Below are positions 37,401 through 50,595 of a stretch of 64,000 nucleotides of DNA, in pieces. The DNA lies in contig NW_025767522.1 in NCBI RefSeq assembly GCF_003918875.1, forward strand, positions 310,001 through 374,000, in the 5' to 3' direction. Position 1 is the first letter of the stretch. Each line of letters begins with the position of its first letter. The notes under the pieces are model-generated. The model did not search any database. It had not been told where the DNA came from and was given only the letters and a program-made list of their open reading frames with translations. Both the position numbers and the translations under genes were made by a program. The DNA comes from Haliotis rubra. Taxonomy: Eukaryota.

Positions 37401-40400
37401 TCAACCCCTGCCCTTGCGATCGTTCAAAAAATTAAACGGCTATTGAAACGCATAGCATGCCAAGGCTCACATCTGCACAACGTCATGAGGCAATTGGGAT
37501 GGTCCGTGGGGGAATGTCTCAACGACAAGTGGCTGCACATTTCCACTGCCACCGGTGAGACGCTACCAGAACACAAATGACGTCATCGATCGGCCACGTT
37601 CTGGACGTCCACGTGTAACAACGCCAAGACAGGACATATGGATAAGGGTGACCCGTCTTCGCCACAGGTTTCAGACTGCAGTGATGACTGTCCGAACCAT
37701 CCCAGTACTTCGCCGTATCCACCCCAACACAGTTCGACAACGTTTACGTCATCACGGGATCAGACCACGACGTCCCGCCATACGGCCTATCCTGACACAA
37801 CGTCATCAACAAGCTCGCCGAATGTGGTGCCGAAATCATGTCCGCAGACCCTTGTTTTGGTGGAGGAATGTTGTTTTTACAGATGAGTCCAGGTTTAACA
37901 TTTCCCATAGTGATGGACGTCAACGTGCCTATAGACGCGTGGGAGAACGTTATGCACAGGCCTGTGTCGTGGAGAGGAATCGCTTTGGTGGTGGTTCCGT
38001 GATGATTTGGGGTGGAATAACAGCACGCAAAAGAACTCCTTTGGTGATTGTTCAGGGCAACTTAACTGGTGTGGGCTACAGGGATCAGATTCTTCGACCT
38101 GTGGCAATTCCTTTTCTGCAACGTCATGGCCCTGGGTTAACATTCCAACAGGACAATGCCCGCCCTCATACGGCAAGGGTTGCTATGGATTTCTTGCAAC
38201 ACCACAACGTTGACTTACTGCCTTGGCCTGCAAATCCACCGGATCTCTCCCCGATAGAGCATGCTTGGGACGAGATGGGATCGACGTCTACGCCGTCTTC
38301 CTCAATCGCCAAATAACGTCCTTGACCTTGCAACAGAACTTGAGAGAATCTGGCGTGACATCCCACAAGCCTTCCTTGCACGTTTGATAGGCTCTATGCG
38401 TCGTCGTTGCATTGCTGTTCTCAATGCCGATGGTGGACATACCCGTTATTGAGCTTGTGACATGGTCGTTTGACCACTGTCCCGCTTGTGGACTCTTGAC
38501 GTCATTGTGATTGACTTTTCAATTGAAATTCTCCCGACTTGTTATGGTCTCATGATCCCTCCATTAAAGTTTATATGTACCTTTGACATTGTTATCGTAC
38601 TTATCAACTGGGATAATATTTTGACAATGCACAGTTTCTTTATGTGGCTAGTATAGTTGTACTGAAGTGGTACTCTTCTACATTCACCAAGTGCCATAAC
38701 ATCACATGTGTTCTTATGTATCCTTAATATTCTCTTGCAGAATCTAGTGTGTACTCTTTCAATGGTTTTAGAATACTGTGTACCCCAAAACTCAGCTCCA
38801 TATGAAATAATTCGAACAATCATTGTATCAAATAGCTTGAAGGCATCAGTACAAGAGACAAAACCATGCTTTCTTTGATAATTATATAATGACATCAGTG
38901 CCTTGTTAGCCTGGGCGGCTAAACAGCTTTGTGCCTTTGACCATGAACGAGTTGGTGTGAAAACAACCCCAAGGTACAGTACAACCAGAAACTATTGAGA
39001 ATTTAAAGATTTTTGAATGCTTTGAACGATGTTTTTGGTCGTTGTCCTGCTGGAAAATCCGAAATATTTCCATAGAACACGTGAGCAGATGGAAGTAAAT
39101 GTCCCTCGAGAATATCTGTGTACCGCTCACTGTTCATATTCCCTTCAAACACACAGAGGGGCGTTGCCCCTAACACAGATATGCCACTCCACACGTTAAA
39201 TTTCGGACTGTACTTTGGGCACTGATACAAACGTAAGGTTTTTCAGTTTGTTTGGTCCAGAATTTCAGTGTATTAGGAAACAGCCACACAGAACTTTCAT
39301 CTGAGAAAATCACATTGTCCCAGCTAAAATATCTATGCTGTAAGCACCAGTTCAACCTTCGCTCCTTTTGTTCAGGTTTCATGATCGGTGATGGAATTCT
39401 TCGACTTTTCTGCCAACCCATTGCATGCAGCTCAGTTCTAATTGTCTCCTTATAGACAGCCACAGTTCCTCTATCAATCATATCCAGCCTTAAGTTTTCT
39501 AAACTCCTTCGTTTATTTTTAGAAACAAGAATGCCTGCGCCTCCCTGGTGCTCAATGCCATATCCATTTGCAATATTTTTCAAAACACGATAAACAGTGG
39601 GCAAAGGGATGCCTGTTCTACTTGAAATCATTTTAGCTGATCTGATGTCCTTCTTATAATACTCTAAAATCAACTTCCTTTTCTCTATATCATCCATACT
39701 GAGGATCACTGAAAATGTCGTCTGCTAGCAAGTGAACAAAGGGGGATAACTCTTCATCAACTAATGTAAAAGGATTAACGGAGTTGTCTCTCTTGAATGA
39801 AACCAAGCACTTGATAGCTGGTCAAGGTTGTTTATACTAGAAATTCAATTAAACATATTCCTAAAATTCTCAATAATTTCTGGTCATACCATACCTATGA
39901 TTATTAACAACATCAATTTTCTGACCTTTAAAGTACCACTTCTCGTAACCTTTTAGAGGACCACCACTTTGGAATACCATTATCTTAGTTTTCTGTATAT
40001 TTATCTTCATACCAGTTGCTTCACAAAACTGTTCTAAAACATTTATTTTCCATTGTAGATTGATAACAGAATCAGATACACCTGATACATCATCCGCAAA
40101 GAATAATGCTACAACATATGGATGTTTTTGGGAAACAAATATACTATTATCTCCTTTCTCTTCGAGCATTACAGACAATTGGTTTATAAACATAACAAAT
40201 ATAAGAGGACTCATAATACAACCCTGACGGGTTCCAATATGACCTCGTACACCTATATTGTATAAACTTTGAAGCAAAACAATCTATAGATTTACAATAA
40301 AATCTGCCTTCTTTATTAGATATGCACTTCGGAATCATAGCTTGTAAAGTAAATACCTGATCGATAGTGGAGTGACCAGGTCTAAAACCTGCCTGGAGTT

Positions 40401-42987
40401 CAGAGATAACATGGTTCTCCTCACATCATACAGGAAGTCTCTTGTTCAGGATAGCGGCTAAAGCTTTACTTAGAGTATCAATTAATGAAATTCCTCTATA
40501 ATTTTCTATGTCATTCTTATTACCTGATGGGAAATATTCCATCATGAAAAAGTTTATTATATATGTTAGTCAATAATGGTACAATATAACAACTAGTGGA
40601 CTTTAAAAATTTACTTTGTATACGATATTAACACAGGGATTTTCCCATTTTTTAAGTTTGCCAAGCTCTGCTTTACTTCGTCTTCTGTGATAGGTACATT
40701 TAAATTACAAGTTGAAGCATTTACATCCTCACAAGATGGCATGAAATGAAAATAAGAGGTTGTCTGAGAATTACAACTATCATTCTCATGAGAAACCTAC
40801 ACAAATTATTAAAATATCTAAACCAATTATATATAGTGATATTTTTGGGCAAGGAAATATTAATCCTATCTCTCTTTAGCACTTCCCAAAACCTTTTGGG
40901 GTCACGTCTGGCATTTACAAGTAGCATTCTCTGTTGGCTCTGAAAAACTTCTCTCTTAACACAATATAACCTCTTAAATGTATTTCTTAATTGTCTACAC
41001 AGATCGAAGTTGAGGCCACACTGCCGATAATTGTTCAATGCTGCATATTGTCTATGTTTATAATACTCCAGTTCTTCGTCCCACCAAGGTGGTTGAGTGA
41101 CATCATTAGTTGTGACTTGACGTAATGGATAGTTTTCTTCATGACACTAGCAGCTGACTGATATAAACAAGTAATATCTTCTATGCACTTGAAAATATTA
41201 TCTTTGGCTGAAGCATGTAAGCAATCACAAGATTGAAGAAATAGTTCTTGAAACTTAGTTAAAAATACTGTTGCAAGGTCATTGTTGCAAACATATTTCA
41301 CTCAAGACTCACAATTGGAATGATAAGATACATCTGACTTATCAACACTAACTTAGTGATTAGCTTCTACTATTCTATCAAATTTCCAAGAAAGTGTACA
41401 AGATAGCGGAAAATGTGATTAATCATCACGAGATAATATTCTAAAATCAATAAAGTATGGGAAATGAGGCCAACACATAATCAACTACGCTGAAACCATT
41501 GTAACACAAGTAATGTTTGCCTGTACATCCCCAAACAACCTTCCATTCATTGCATGGACATCAAACCATAGGTATTATAATGTTTATTGTCGCGATTATT
41601 TCTAGGCATATCTGATGGATAATCATCCCAGTCCTGACCGACCCACGATATGTAAAAGATCATCATTTGGTATATAGTCCAAGAAGTCTCTCATTCTTGC
41701 GTTGAAGTCACCGGCTGACATATAATGATGGTTGCCGTACAACTATTTGACAAGTTCCATATAACTAACGTGAAATAAGGATTTTGTATTATATGAACGC
41801 TTATCAAGTGCTCCCTAGTGGGAACTGCCAGGTAATGCGTGGAAGTTGTGGCGCTGTAGAAACTCCTGACAGCCGGTGCAACACGTAGCCGGGCGTTGCC
41901 AAGATGGGGCAGTCCACCGTTGACGTTCACGTGCGGAATGACGTGGTGTTGCGGGATCTGATGCCTGTCAGTGCTACTGTTACTTGCACAAGGCAAGTCA
42001 AAACATTGATTACACAACAGTCTCGTTTCCTGCTGACTGGGTTTCCTCTTATTGCGCAACATAGTACAATAACCAGTCCAGAATTTTGAGACCAATTCAT
42101 TCAACTGAATTCATTCAACATTCACAGGGGCAGTCTGTGAATATTTAGTTAAGGTCGTGCTGCCTAAACCTAGACATAAAATATAGAAATACGTTTTGGT
42201 AATGGTCAGGCTTCTTTAAATAGTGCTTTCATCCCGTCGAAATATGGCACGTACGGACGCACCCACGTACGAATACACATCTGTCAACTAGCGTTCCCTT
42301 TCAACAGCAGTAATTTGAACGTGGTTGCAGTTGCACTACTTCAACAATACCTGTCTAGATCATTTTATGTAGACGACACTGATGACACTGGTGATACTGC
42401 TAAAGATATAAGCAACGATTAATATCTTAGAGCAGTCAAACGATACAATTAGATAGAGTCTAGATGAACCACATGCACGCACAAAACACACACATACACA
42501 CACACGTGTGTCATTGACAGGTTTCGTCGTCTTTTCCTTCTTGCAAATTCCTATATTTTCTGTACACGTTTGGAAGCGTTCACGGAAACATATTGTCGAA
42601 TCCATACATGGGTAAAATACATGTATGTGAGGTGTGTTTTTCTGATGTTCCTGTCATGATATGCGGCGAATGTTGCTAAAAACAGCGTCTGACTCAGAAA
42701 CTGAATACCACACATCTCATTAACATAATTCACAATGGAAAATGAAACATGGGTTCCATGAATACTTTGTCTTCCTGTTTTCGAGTAGGCACTGAGGAGA
42801 CATGGTAATACCTCTGATCAAGTCCTAGGTTCGCCCTTGTTATGTAACTAGACTTTTCAGAACCACGCCCGTGATTAACCAAAGAGCTACAAACTTTCAT
42901 AGCATATTTCCGTGAAGACATTACTGTTAATGACGTCAAACTAAACTCACTATCTCTAACTCCACTACTCACCTGAACGAGCTCCAT
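31427..42987 (-). CDS. Toll-like receptor (single-cysteine-cluster type), about 914 aa; exon 1 42987-42973 (MELVQ, predicted), exon 2 34156-31427
   Basis: LRRNT (CVPCKC..DC), many LxxLxLxxN repeats, LRRCT (NPLKCNC), TM LGLSIGVLCLVMLVLSLSITGIVY, and TIR (FDAFISYA, LCIHHRDF, FW). Acceptor tgctactttcag at 34157; exon 1 has gacATGG and CAG|gtgagt in matching phase and completes a signal peptide. The main exon is near-certain; exon 1 is an inference. Confidence 0.9.
34494..35640 (-). mobile_element. Tc1/mariner element, degenerate and internally deleted
   Basis: MKRPTEAQRHNAIGRLQGG..RPRSGRPRV HTH, SPDLSAIEHLW and SGHTRY end; one putative TIR tactcttccaaaaaa at 34494, the other end not found. Confidence 0.85.
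37162..38651 (+). mobile_element. Full-length Tc1 (DD34E-type) transposon with a frameshifted transposase (37457-38452)
   Basis: 25-bp TIRs ctaggcacataaagaaactgtgcat / atgcacagtttctttatgtggctag, TA TSDs; motifs VFTDESRF, FQQDNARPH and PDLSPIEHAW. Confidence 0.93.
38977..39891 (-). mobile_element. IS630/Tc1-family transposon, internally deleted
   Basis: Imperfect 28-bp TIRs cagtacaaccagaaactattgagaattt with TA TSDs; VIFSDESSVW, VWSGIS and FQQDNDQKH motifs; inserted in the YLG motif of the LINE. Confidence 0.88.
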
Positions 42988-43147
42988 GTCCGAATCTTGA
43001 CTAGCTCTATTCAGCGTTCGGGACCCATATATGTGTATATCATAAGGAAAACTGCTTATCTAACCAATGGCTGAGTGCACACGCCTTAGCTGTAGATTAG
43101 ATTGAAGCATTTTCCTGTCTCGTGTTATACAGCCCCCTAATTAATAT

Positions 43148-43272
43148 TGTGGGAAAAACTCACATTCTCGCAACCTCGCGAATTCGAGATCGAAATACGA
43201 TAAATTTGCCAAAACTTGTGATCTCGTATTCGAAACGTCGAGATCACGAGAACGCGAGGATGTTCCCAACAA
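43148..43272. mobile_element. Short imperfect-palindrome MITE-like element
   Basis: ttgtgggaa..cattctcgcaacctcg / cgagatcacgagaacg..ttcccaacaa. Confidence 0.5.
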
Positions 43273-44798
43273 CACTCCATAGTTATGTAAACGCTACGTA
43301 ACAAAGTTACATCAAAGTCAAAACATTGATTAACAGTCTTGTTTCCTCCTGACTGGGATCCGTCCTATTCCGCAACTTAGTACAATAACCAGTCCATAAT
43401 CGTGCAGCGTGCTCTGTCGTACAGCTTGCTCTGACAAACGGAAATCCGGAAATCGTGGAAACCTCAAAATGCGGCTCGGCCGCTAGAAAAGTTTGGCGGT
43501 CTGGTACGGAATTGATATTCTACCAATCACATTGTACGTTACAAAAATACATTTAAAAAGCGCAAAGAATACGTAACAGGTGTAACCAGTGAGCCAGATG
43601 AATTGTGAGTCATTGTACGACCTCTTCAGACAGGGGCAGTCTGTGACGTCTTATTTAACGACATGCTGCCTGAACTTCGTCCCAAAATATAGAAAATATA
43701 CGACTTTTTTAAAGTTTAAAATTAAAATTCATTTGTAAATACCATTTTTCTTATGAAACAAGGAATTGAAATTCGCTGTAACCATAGTTGTTTGTAGTGT
43801 CTTTTTTCACTTTCACACGAGAAAATTCGGATCGGCTTATAAGAAGGTCATTGTCTGATATGGTTAAGACTCATGTTTCGCTTTGTTACCCCTTAGTTAC
43901 ATGTATATTAAACATCAAACCTAAGTGTATCAGCACACTATTGGCATGAGTGAGGGAGGAGGCGTGTGTGCTTGATGTGGATGACAAGTCATGCGATATA
44001 GCGATGTACATTTTGGACGTACAAATTTTGTTTTATCCCCAGGACCACCGGATTGTGCCAAGAGAACGGTAAATGTGTATTTTAAAAGTGACGACATAAA
44101 ACGATATAAAAGTGTAATGAAAATAAAACAATATAACAGTGTAATGGAAAGTGTTTTTAACGAATTCTATATGAATAAGAAGAGCCACTTATCACTTCAG
44201 AACTTCAACAAAAAAAACATACTGTGTTCTTTCTGCCCCATGGTGTGCTGTAAAGAAACAGTGGAACTTCATTGCATGAAATTATGTTCCACAGTGGTTT
44301 CATTTTTTTTAAAACTATCTCCAGACAGACCCAAACAGCGATGATGACTGGCATTTGAAGAAAGGATTACGTGCCCTGGATGCAACCCGCCACAAAAGCA
44401 TGGCCGTTATGGTACTAGTCGAAATACGCTGATGCAACACTTTGAAAAATTTAGGAATTAAATTGGAGATGAATATCAGCGGATTTGAATATGCCGTTGC
44501 TTCCAGTACTTCATTCATTGATCTGAATGAACTGAACTTTTAGTGATTAAATTTCATTGTGGATTTGTTGTCAAAACAAGGTGTGAACATGAAGAGATTA
44601 GATAGAAACGGCTTCAAGACGAGAAAATACAGGCTTCAACAATTAGTTTTCTGTAGGAAAACATTAAAAGTCCGCTGCTGATATGTTCGAGTTTAACTAA
44701 GGAAAGCTAAACATCGACGCTGTGATAGGACATGTGTAAGTATTGATTAAAAACATAGGCTGAGAAATGCTCTGTAGATTTTGTCAGTGTATACTATA

Positions 44799-44968
44799 CA
44801 GGGTACATAGAGAATCTCACCCAAGTGTCTACTGATATCAACTACATCAACACAAGTTGATAAAGTTACAAATATGGGAGGCTTGCCGAGGGTATTTTTA
44901 CCTTTATCAACGAGTGTTGATATAATTGATATCAGTAGACACTTTGGTGAGATTCTGTATGTACCCTG
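44799..44968. mobile_element. Hairpin MITE, Tc1/mariner-like (TA flanks)
   Basis: cagggtacatagagaatctcacc / ggtgagattctgtatgtaccctg; nearly the whole element is self-complementary. Confidence 0.8.
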
Positions 44969-45920
44969 TATGATCCTGATCTACGTTGATGACGCCATAG
45001 CATTTTCAGGGCATTGTACAAAATCTACTGTAAATACATATAATGATTGGATTTTCATGATGTTGAATTTATCGAACTGTAGACTCTGAAAGCGAAAGAC
45101 ACAGAAATGCTTCTGTTGCGAACAAGTGCAAAGGATCTGATGCTGGGATTATGGAGAAAGATTTAAGATATATGTAGATTTTGGAACACAACTCAGGCTT
45201 ATAATGCAGTCGGAATGGTAAGAGAGATTGCTTTTGTCAAAGATTATGATTATGGAAATCATTTGCAAGTGATTATGCAGTCACGAGTCATTCAATAACT
45301 ATTTGATCGTTTTTCGCATTTTGAAGGTGTTTGATGATTTATCTAGTTAGTCGTGCACAAATGATGGAAAAAAGAACATAAAATGAAGTATGATATTCAC
45401 CTATTACTATTCCCGGCCACGCTATCATCGATCTCATAAATGAGCAGTACTGCAAACCCTTTCTCATGTTGAGCAACGCCAGATTATCTCCAGCTGAAGA
45501 GAGCGGCATTTAGCCATACTTTAGGGTAGATCCTTCGACGGTGATGTTGAGTCAGCATACGTGTTTAAAACAGTAAATCATCGGCTTTATTGTGAGCTTA
45601 TATATCGGGATCATGCAATTTTGCAAACCATAAATAGCTTGTTACTTTGTCACAACTATATTGGCAGCTACGGATAGTGCAGAGTAACGGTACTGGAGCA
45701 CAATCGGCCATGCCGAGGTTTGGAAGAGGAGTTGGGGAGGCTGGGAAAGAGTTAAACATTCTTAATATACACGTGTGGTAATGTAAGAAATGCATTGATT
45801 CAGTGGTTTTGTCACTATTCCTCGATTTCACTCTTGATGTGGATGCGTCCGACGGACACATTACACTGATTCAGATCCAGGTAACAGTAACTGCCATCTT
45901 GTTTGGAACGGCGTGACCAG

Positions 45921-46082
45921 GGGCTCCTTTTACGAAGCAACCTTTACTAAGGTTAACCTTAACCCCCATTCTTTAACATTGCACTAAAATTACCTTAGTG
46001 ACTTACGATCACCATTCTTTAACACTGCACTAAGGTTACCTTAGTGACTTACGAATACCTTAGTGCTTTGTGAAAGGAGGCC
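45921..46082. mobile_element. Harbinger-like MITE (CWG flanks)
   Basis: gggctccttttacgaagca / tgctttgtgaaaggaggcc with an internal tandem duplication. Confidence 0.6.
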
Positions 46083-47563
46083 CTGGAGGACAACCACTGC
46101 AAACCGTTCAGTGTGATAACAGTGAAATCAAGGTAGGAAAATTAGTTTTGCATATATATACTTACTAATACTAATTCATTCATTATTTCATTCATGATTC
46201 ATTCATTCGAGTTTTAAGTTGGTCCTGTGTGTAGAGAAGAGGTAATATTAAACGAGGGTAGGGGCGGAAAGTTGTTGGATGGGTGGAATAGATGATATTT
46301 CGGTATGTTTGAGTCTCAAGGGCTTCCGTCCTACCGGAATACAGAAGATGATGTATCTTTGAATAAGTGAATTCGTAGAACCTGCAGACAATTGGAACCC
46401 AGTAGAGTGAGAAGGGGATGAAATCGTAAATCCTTCTGATACCTGAAGACAGCTTGCTGAACACTCCCCTTTGAATTGTCTTGTTGAAATCAGCGATTGT
46501 TGGTCTGAGCAAGTCCGTCTACCAGACCCTCGAGGATATATTGAATAGGAGTCCGTCTCGAGTTTAGAATGATTTGGCAAGTCTTGATTGCCTCAGTTCT
46601 AGAAAATGACACATTGTAATGAGTTCCATTTGGATATTAAGTATAAAATATATTTCTGGGACCAAATGTCAGTCGAGGTCTGTACATGCACAAATATGAG
46701 CTACTGTCCATGTACTTCAGGCACAATTACACGCGGTCAACCCACAGAAACTGACCACAGATCCAGAAATACATGTATTGTAGTCAACGTAAGGCATACA
46801 GATTACTGGGGTCAAATTCTACCTGTAATCTCTATGCTAGAAAACAATGACAATGACATGATTCCATTGTTCAAAGCACAGATAGTCTGACATGTTCTTC
46901 CATATAATCATATTCGAAACAGTTTATCTTCTCACCTTGGGTTAAGATGCAGAGGCAATTAATTTCCTAGTGCCCGGTTGTAAACTTCCTGTGATATACT
47001 GTCCAAACAGTCAACCTGCAACAAGGTGGTTTCTGGGCAGAGGAAATAGCCATTGATATCAGTTAGTGACACAGACTAATAGCTAGATGTAAGCTGAATG
47101 TAAACATCTGGACCAGGATAATGCGTTACTGAAACAATTTGATAAGGCGATGTGTACACACAAAGGTGTTCTGACTAAAATCAATATTGTTTGTTATTTG
47201 CAATATAAGCTGCAGGGCAAGAAAAGTATGTTTGATAGTGGTTAAAATGAAACAGTTAGTCTAGAGATTGGTTACGTACCTAAAGCGGAAATGTTAACGG
47301 TTTGAGAGCGTTTGCAATTGTTTGGTCAAGTTAATTGTTAGTTGACACGATTGGACACTGTGATCAAGTATGACTTTAGAACAACTGATGTGAAATAGTC
47401 TGATATTTCAGACTTTCAATAAGCACAATCGAACTGATTGATCGAAATGCAATGTTGTACATTCCAGGATCTCTTACAAACCTTATAACAATCATCATTC
47501 TTTGGGGTCATGCAGGCTAGAATTGTACAGCTGGACGAACAGATGTTGGCAGGGCATTCGTAG

Positions 47564-47670
47564 ACAAATACCCCAACCTGGCCGTCTACTGTGAACGTAT
47601 GCAGGAAATGTTCTGGCCCGACTGGGACCAGTGCATCACACATGGTGGAACAAGGAAGACAACCAAGTAG
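47564..47670 (+). pseudogene. Orphan inverted FAX exon 6
   Basis: (D)KYPNLAVYCERMQEMFWPDWDQCITHGGTRKTTK*, 107 nt; no upstream exons on this strand and no polypyrimidine tract. Confidence 0.8.
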
Positions 47671-48251
47671 TAACTTTTTCGTACCCTTTTAACGAACACC
47701 TGGCCTGAACACTAATTTGCAGTGATCTATTGGTATAGTGTTCACACCTGTTTCCCCATTTACACCATACAGAATTTGTTTCTGAGGATAGACAAGATTG
47801 GATAATTCATTCGAAGTGACGTTCTATATTTGATACCTCTCTTCAAGGAAAATGATATACTTTATGATTGTTTTCCAGACATCCTTGCTATTCAATTCAG
47901 AATATTCTTTCATTAAGAAAGTAACACACATCTCTGACGTCGTTGATATGGATGGCATGCATGGTTCTAAAACACAGTTATAAAGGAATACATAGCGGTG
48001 GCGAACACAAAGGAATAAATACCGCCATGTCATAAATTATTAGAAAGTGCAGCCTATGTCAAAATGACTGCTTTATGATTCTGCTCCTGTGAGGCCAAAC
48101 AGGAGTCGTGTAAGGTTAATATTTCACAAGGAACTAAGGCACCTACTATCTGGCAGGGATGTGGGCTATCTTACTGTTGAGGGAGAACAAGAGGATGGGT
48201 AGCAGTTTCAGTTTGATGACTTCCTCTCCTACTCTGTCGAGGACTATTGAT

Positions 48252-50583
48252 TTATTGAGGACACAAGACAGATATTGTAAACACTTCCTTCACACGTTCA
48301 CAGTAGACGGCCAGGTTGGGGTATTTGTCTACGAACAAAAGGGAGAGGACATAAGCATCACGTAATTAACAACAAATGATAACTGTAATTCATATGTAAC
48401 CAGCTAGATCATTTCAATTTATCCAAATTAAACAAATTCATACAGAACTGAAACATAGTCAAAATACATTGAGAATTGAAAGTTAAAATCTTCAGGTAAT
48501 GATGTAGTTTGGTGGATTAATTGTGTTGCCTTTGTTTTTATGTATATTTGAATCAGTCTGATATCGAAAATGTCAATCTAACGGAAAGAAATACACAACT
48601 CCCTTTATACATGTAACGACATATTGACAGCCAGTTACAATAATGGAGGAATATTTGTCAAACTTGATTCTGTTGATGTTTATCGACTGATACGGTTTAC
48701 ATACCTATACAACACATTTTGTAATTGTGATGAGGAAAAGGTAGGTGTACATTATGTACGCTATGTTAACAGTACCCTGCAATGTTTTGAGGTTGGTACA
48801 GAGTTCTTTAATGTATGGTTCTGAGCCAGGAAATCTCTGGTCATTCTGAACGAATATGTAAAGAAACCTGACGCAACTATTGGTAATTATAGAGAAACTA
48901 TGCATCAACCATGTTATGGTATTAAGTCAGGATGAGAGTGGGGGTGGGGGTGGTGGTGGAGAAAAGAAATGTTTTTAAACCTGTGAAGTAGAAATAATAA
49001 CTTTAAAAGCAACAAAATGATCCTACGCTACCGTTCTTGTAACTGGTTCTGTGCCAGGGATTCTCTGGTCATTCTAAACGAAAATTAAAAGTACAACTGA
49101 TGCAACCATTTGTGATTATTGAGGAACTATACATCAGCCATGGTTTGATGAGAGAGAGAGGAGGGGGTGGGGGTTTGGGGGTTGGAGTTCAAAACCGTGA
49201 AGTGGAAATGATAACTTAAAAGTCACTTGCCCTTGAGGATGTCCTTATGTCCAGTGCCCATGAACTGCCAGTAGAACTCTGACAGCTGGCCGAACACCGC
49301 ACAGTCCGTCTCACAGGGCTGGTCCCCCATCAGGAACTTCTTGGTCCCTGGAACAACCAGCATGTGTGGCCAGATGAATATATTGAAACAAAACAAATCA
49401 CATGAAACAAAGTATCATCGCTCCTGAAATATAACAAACCACACCACAAGTGCCAAATTTCAGGATACAGTTTCATCCTATTCAACACATGTGGAGGAGG
49501 TCATGGAACGTCATGCAATATTTTCCAACTTCAGTTATGATGCAATCAAGATCCCATCGTCTGTATTGCCATTGTCGGTTTCGATATAACAAGTGTCAAG
49601 TATATATTGTGGTCCATCGGAACCTTCCCTCACTGCTCAAACATATTTAACGTCTCTGTATATAATTCAGTTCACAACAGCTTGAAACTTCTGCATACCT
49701 ATGAAGTCCGACAGGGATTGTAGATCCTTCTTAAACATTTCTGTTCCCTCCTCTTCTATGTGTCGGCCCAAGCCTTGACTCCATATTTGCTTTTTTACTT
49801 GTCGTTGAAACATCCAAAACATAAACTTGCCTATTTTAAAAACATTCAGCATGAAAGATTTGTCGTTGTCATATTGCCATCGGAAGAGGACAAGGAACCT
49901 GAAACCACAGTACCACAGTACTACTCATTCACTATTCATTCATGCAAGCAACCTATGATGGAAATTGCCAGAAGTTTATCTTAAAGACGTAATGTGTCCC
50001 CCTAAAACATAACACCTGTCGAAAGTTACAAAACATCGTACATCGTGTATTAACGTATTTTCGTTTGACGCCGTTACGTGAGTGAGTGAGTGAGTGAATT
50101 TGGTTTTACGCGGCGTTAGCAATATCACGGGAGACACCAAAATGGGCTTCACACATTGTACTCATGTAAGGAATCGAACCCGGGTCTTCGAACAAACGCT
50201 TTCAACACTAGGTTACCCGCGTAAGGGATCGAAGCACAGGATAGAATGAGCATGATGTTAATCACTGCATTGTCTAGTTCCGACATGTACACACCGCTAT
50301 CATATACAAGGATTATTCAAGCAATCAATGTTTGCCGTAATGGCCACGATGGACAGACAAATTAAATGGCACCAACTGACTGTTTCTCACCAGTACAGAT
50401 GTTCCTCCGCCATAACCTGCATCGCCTGAGCTACTCCTCTGTCAGCAGAACTCAGGTTCCTGTTGAGGTCCACTCCCAACTTCTTGTTGAGGAACTCGAT
50501 GCACTGTGTCCGCCACTGCCTGTCCATTATACTCAAATCCAAGTGAATTTGCCCTTTGATGAAGGTTGAAACCCATGGACGTT
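48252..50583 (-). pseudogene. FAX-like copy F (duplicate of B): exon 3 50583-50391 (frameshifted), exon 4 49898-49699, exon 5 49347-49231 (GC donor), exon 6 from 48328, truncated near 48279
   Basis: Exon 3 is 193 vs 197 nt; exon 5 reads TKKFLMGDQPCETDCAVFGQLSEFYW; exon 6 runs into inverted sequence. Confidence 0.87.
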
Positions 50584-50595
50584 CTGTGTGGACGA

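Larger units (their letters stand above)
36326..41690 (-). mobile_element. Decayed LINE ORF2 (RTE-X/CR1-group-like), split by two Tc1 insertions
   Basis: GTRQGCIMSPLIFVMFINQL..FFADD, NHR|YLGVVF across an insertion, CKRILRIHKNTCDVMALGE, FRCNNFRLAIETGR; (TCTG)n tail at 36326-36350. Confidence 0.85.

Noticed and set aside
48939-49185. G-rich tracts as functional G-quadruplexes
   Set aside because: They lie in a duplicated intronic block of a pseudogene and have no supporting conservation.
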